Shown one piece after another: positions 61,267 to 64,000 of a stretch of DNA of 64,000 nucleotides. The DNA is from Octopus sinensis (taxonomy: Eukaryota), in assembly GCF_006345805.1 (NCBI RefSeq), contig NC_043001.1, forward strand, positions 124,992,001-125,056,000. The letters run 5' to 3'. A program made the position numbers and the translations under genes. The notes beneath the pieces are model-generated. The model saw nothing but the letters and a program-made list of their open reading frames with translations. It made no database searches and had not been told where the DNA came from. Numbering within the stretch: position 1 is the first letter of the stretch; the number at the start of each line of letters is the position of its first letter.

Positions 61267-61430
61267 TTACTTTATTTAAAGCAGCAGAAAATTCAACAAA
61301 ACCTGTTACTCAGAGTAACAGGTTTTGTTGAATTTTCTGCTGCTTTAAATAAAGCATATTACTCTACCACTGGTATTTGAGTACTCTTTTTTCCACCCTG
61401 TTTCACATTTATGTGTTTACTCCGGTATAT
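61105..61430. repeat. Tandemly duplicated fold-back remnant
   Basis: Two direct copies of about 117 bp (61122-61238, 61312-61428). A perfect 42-bp inverted repeat 61270-61311 / 61313-61354 has a 1-nt spacer. Confidence 0.8.
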
Positions 61431-62526
61431 ATATATATATATATATATGATCTTGTGTGGGTGTATGTATGTATATATATCCTAAAAATCTTGGTTTAAT
61501 TTCCCCCCCTGCCGCTGCCAATTTCCCAAGCTATAACATCAAACAATTCAAATTTCTTCTAATGGAAACAAGCTTGGTAACATGAACTTGATGATCCTTT
61601 ACAAGACTGAATACCACTCCAATCGTGTTTCTATCTTAACACTGTTCTGTAATATGTATTGTTAGTACCAGTATAATAAAGAATCAAGTTACTACATAAA
61701 AAAAAAAACACTGGCTGTTTCCTTATTACACAATATCTGCATAAGTAATTCTTTAAATATATTTTCTTGTACTGTTATTATTCATCATCATCATCATCGT
61801 TTAACGTCCGTTCTCCATGCTAGCATGGGTTGGACGGTTCGACCAGGGATCTGGGAAGCCAGAAGGCTGCACCAGGCTCCGGTCTTATCTGGCAATGTTT
61901 CTACAGCTGGATGCCCTTCCTAACGCCAACCACTCCATGAGTGTAGTGGGTGCTTTTTACGTGCCACCTGCACTGGTGCCAGGCGAGGCTGGCATCGGCC
62001 ACGGTCAGATTGGTGCATTTTACATGCCACCTGCACGGAAGCCAGTCGAGGCGGCACTGGCTTCGGCTACGATTCGGATGGTGCTTTTTACGTGCCACCG
62101 ACACGGAAGCCAGTCGAGGCGGCGCTGGCATTGGCCACGATTCGGATATTAAAGTGACAAAACTGGCAGAATCACTAACACCTGTGAAAAAAAGTGTTCA
62201 ACAGCATTTTGTTCCTCTTTATGTTCTGAGTTCAAAGTTCTGTTATGGTTGATGTTACTTTTCATCCTTTCAAGGGTCAGTGAAACAAGTACCAGTCGAG
62301 CACTGAGGTTGATGTACTCAACTTGCCTACTCACCCCAAATTTTAGGCCATGTGTGTATGTTAGAAAGGGTTATATTTCTGCCAAGGTTGACTTTGCCGT
62401 TCATCATTTTGGTGACAGTAAAGTATTTACCAGTTAAGCAATGGGATCAATGTAATCGACTAGACCCTCCCCACAGAATTTTAAGCCTTGTGCCTAAAGC
62501 AGAAAGAATTATTATTATTATTATGT

Positions 62527-62676
62527 AGGAGTGGCTGTGTGGTAAGTAGCTTGCTTATGAACCCCATGGTTCCGGGTTCAGTCCCACTGCATGGCAGCTT
62601 GGGCAAGTGTCTTCTACAATAGCCTCGTGGATCCTTAGTGGATTTGACAGACGGAAACTGAAAGAAGCCCGTCGTA

Positions 62677-62710
<34 letters not shown>

Positions 62711-63210
62711 CAAAGCCATGTTAGTGGATTTGACAGACGGAAACTGAAAGAAGCCCGTCATATATATGTATGTATGTTTGTGTGTCTGTGTTTGTCCCTC
62801 CAACATCGCTTGACAACCGATGCCGGTGTGTTTACGTCCCCGTAACTTAATCATCATCATCATTGTTCGACCGTGGACGAGACAATGGAATTTACCATGC
62901 TATGCCAGACTTCACGGTCCATCATGGCATTACAGAGGTCCTGTTGCTGGATGCCTGTATCCCTGGAGATTACATCAGGGTAGGAGAGTGTGCGCCCTCT
63001 GGTATTGCGAGTAGATGGCTTCCAGAGGAGAAGAGTAGAAATTACCTCTTTTTCAGCTCTACAACAATGTCCAGCAAACTAGACTCTCTTACCTTTCACA
63101 ACTTAGCGGTTTGGCAAAAGCGACCGATAGAATAAGTCCTGGGGTCGATTTGCTCGACTAAAGACGGTGCTCCAGCATGACCACAGTCAAATTACTGAAA
63201 CAAGAAAGAA
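62527..63210 (+). mobile_element. SINE family A with internal duplication and LINE-tail insertion
   Basis: TAGTGGATTTGACAGACGGAAACTGAAAGAAGCCCGTC occurs twice; interrupted at 62851-63095. Confidence 0.8.
62851..63095 (-). mobile_element. Second copy of the 42295 LINE tail, inserted into a SINE
   Basis: Reverse complement of 42310-42495. Short AACTTA duplication at both junctions; the host SINE resumes at about 63100. Confidence 0.75.
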
Positions 63211-63580
63211 GAGAGTGGTGGATTGGTCGAGTCAAATTTGTCTTTCGATAAAATACTGTTTACAAGTTGAGAAATGGGAGCAATGGTACCAACCAATGCC
63301 TTCCCTGAATTTTCTGGTCTTGTGGCCTATGATAGAAATATGGAGAGGGTACAGGTTTCTTGCAGAAATGGGGAAATGAATGCCTTGCAACGTTTATTCC
63401 AGTTGAACCATTTGTGTTTGAATCATCTAAGACTAACTTTGCTTTTCACTTTTCTGGGATTGATAAAATTAACTACCAGTCAAATACTGGGGTTCATTTC
63501 ATTCTTCTTTTCCCTAACTTTGTGGTTTTGTGCCTGTGTTTAAAATAATTTCATTACTATTATAATTAATTGTTTCTCTT

Positions 63581-63885
63581 CCGGGCCGACCAATGCCTTG
63601 TGAGTGGATTTGGTAGACGGAAACTGAAAGAAGCCTGTCGTATATATGTATATATATATATATGTATGTGTGTGTGTTTGTGTGTCTGTGTTTGTTCCCC
63701 TAGCATTGCTTGACAACCGATGCTGGTGTATTTACGTCCCCGTCACTTAGCTGTTCGGCAAAAAGAGACCGATAGAATAAGTACTGGGCTTACAAAAAAG
63801 AATAAGTCCCGGGGTCGAGTTGCTCGACTAAAGGCGGTGCTCCAGCATGGCCGCAGTTAAATGACTGAAACAACTAAAAAGAGAG
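63581..63885 (+). mobile_element. SINE family A, 5'-truncated
   Basis: Homology. Confidence 0.9.
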
Positions 63886-64000
63886 AGTATTTCATTCAGA
63901 TAAGATCATTGACCTCATTATTACAAGGAAAGATAATGAAATACTTTGTAATGTGTAGTTACCTCCCTTTTCATTGAGTTTTAATCCTTTGGCATTCAGA

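Overview
AT-rich eukaryotic genomic DNA, dense in repeats. The SINE, LINE and microsatellite make-up matches what I recall of Octopus genomes (inference, not searched). One host gene is supported: a six-exon BORCS6/lyspersin (BORC subunit 6) on the + strand. Its CDS joins 22132-22163, 30069-30781, 44575-44828, 48237-48320, 51427-51503 and 55084-55141, giving 1218 nt, 405 aa plus stop, with all splice phases consistent. Its last intron is a U12-type (minor spliceosome) GT-AG intron that contains a duplicate of the 3'UTR hairpin and poly(A)-signal block. The rest is transposon-derived: a decayed Ty3/Gypsy element with a tRNA-Ser PBS; Tx1/L1, CR1 and RTE LINE fragments; Tigger and mariner remnants; several MITEs; at least four SINE-like families; and long microsatellites. 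The most notable non-obvious signal is a set of fold-back, Penelope-like remnants carrying four minimal type-I hammerhead-ribozyme motifs with palindromic stem III. One has an intact core in the sense strand of intron 2, one has a compensatory G3-C8 core swap, one has A6U and one is decayed. No prokaryotic features, CRISPR arrays or functional tRNA/rRNA genes were seen.
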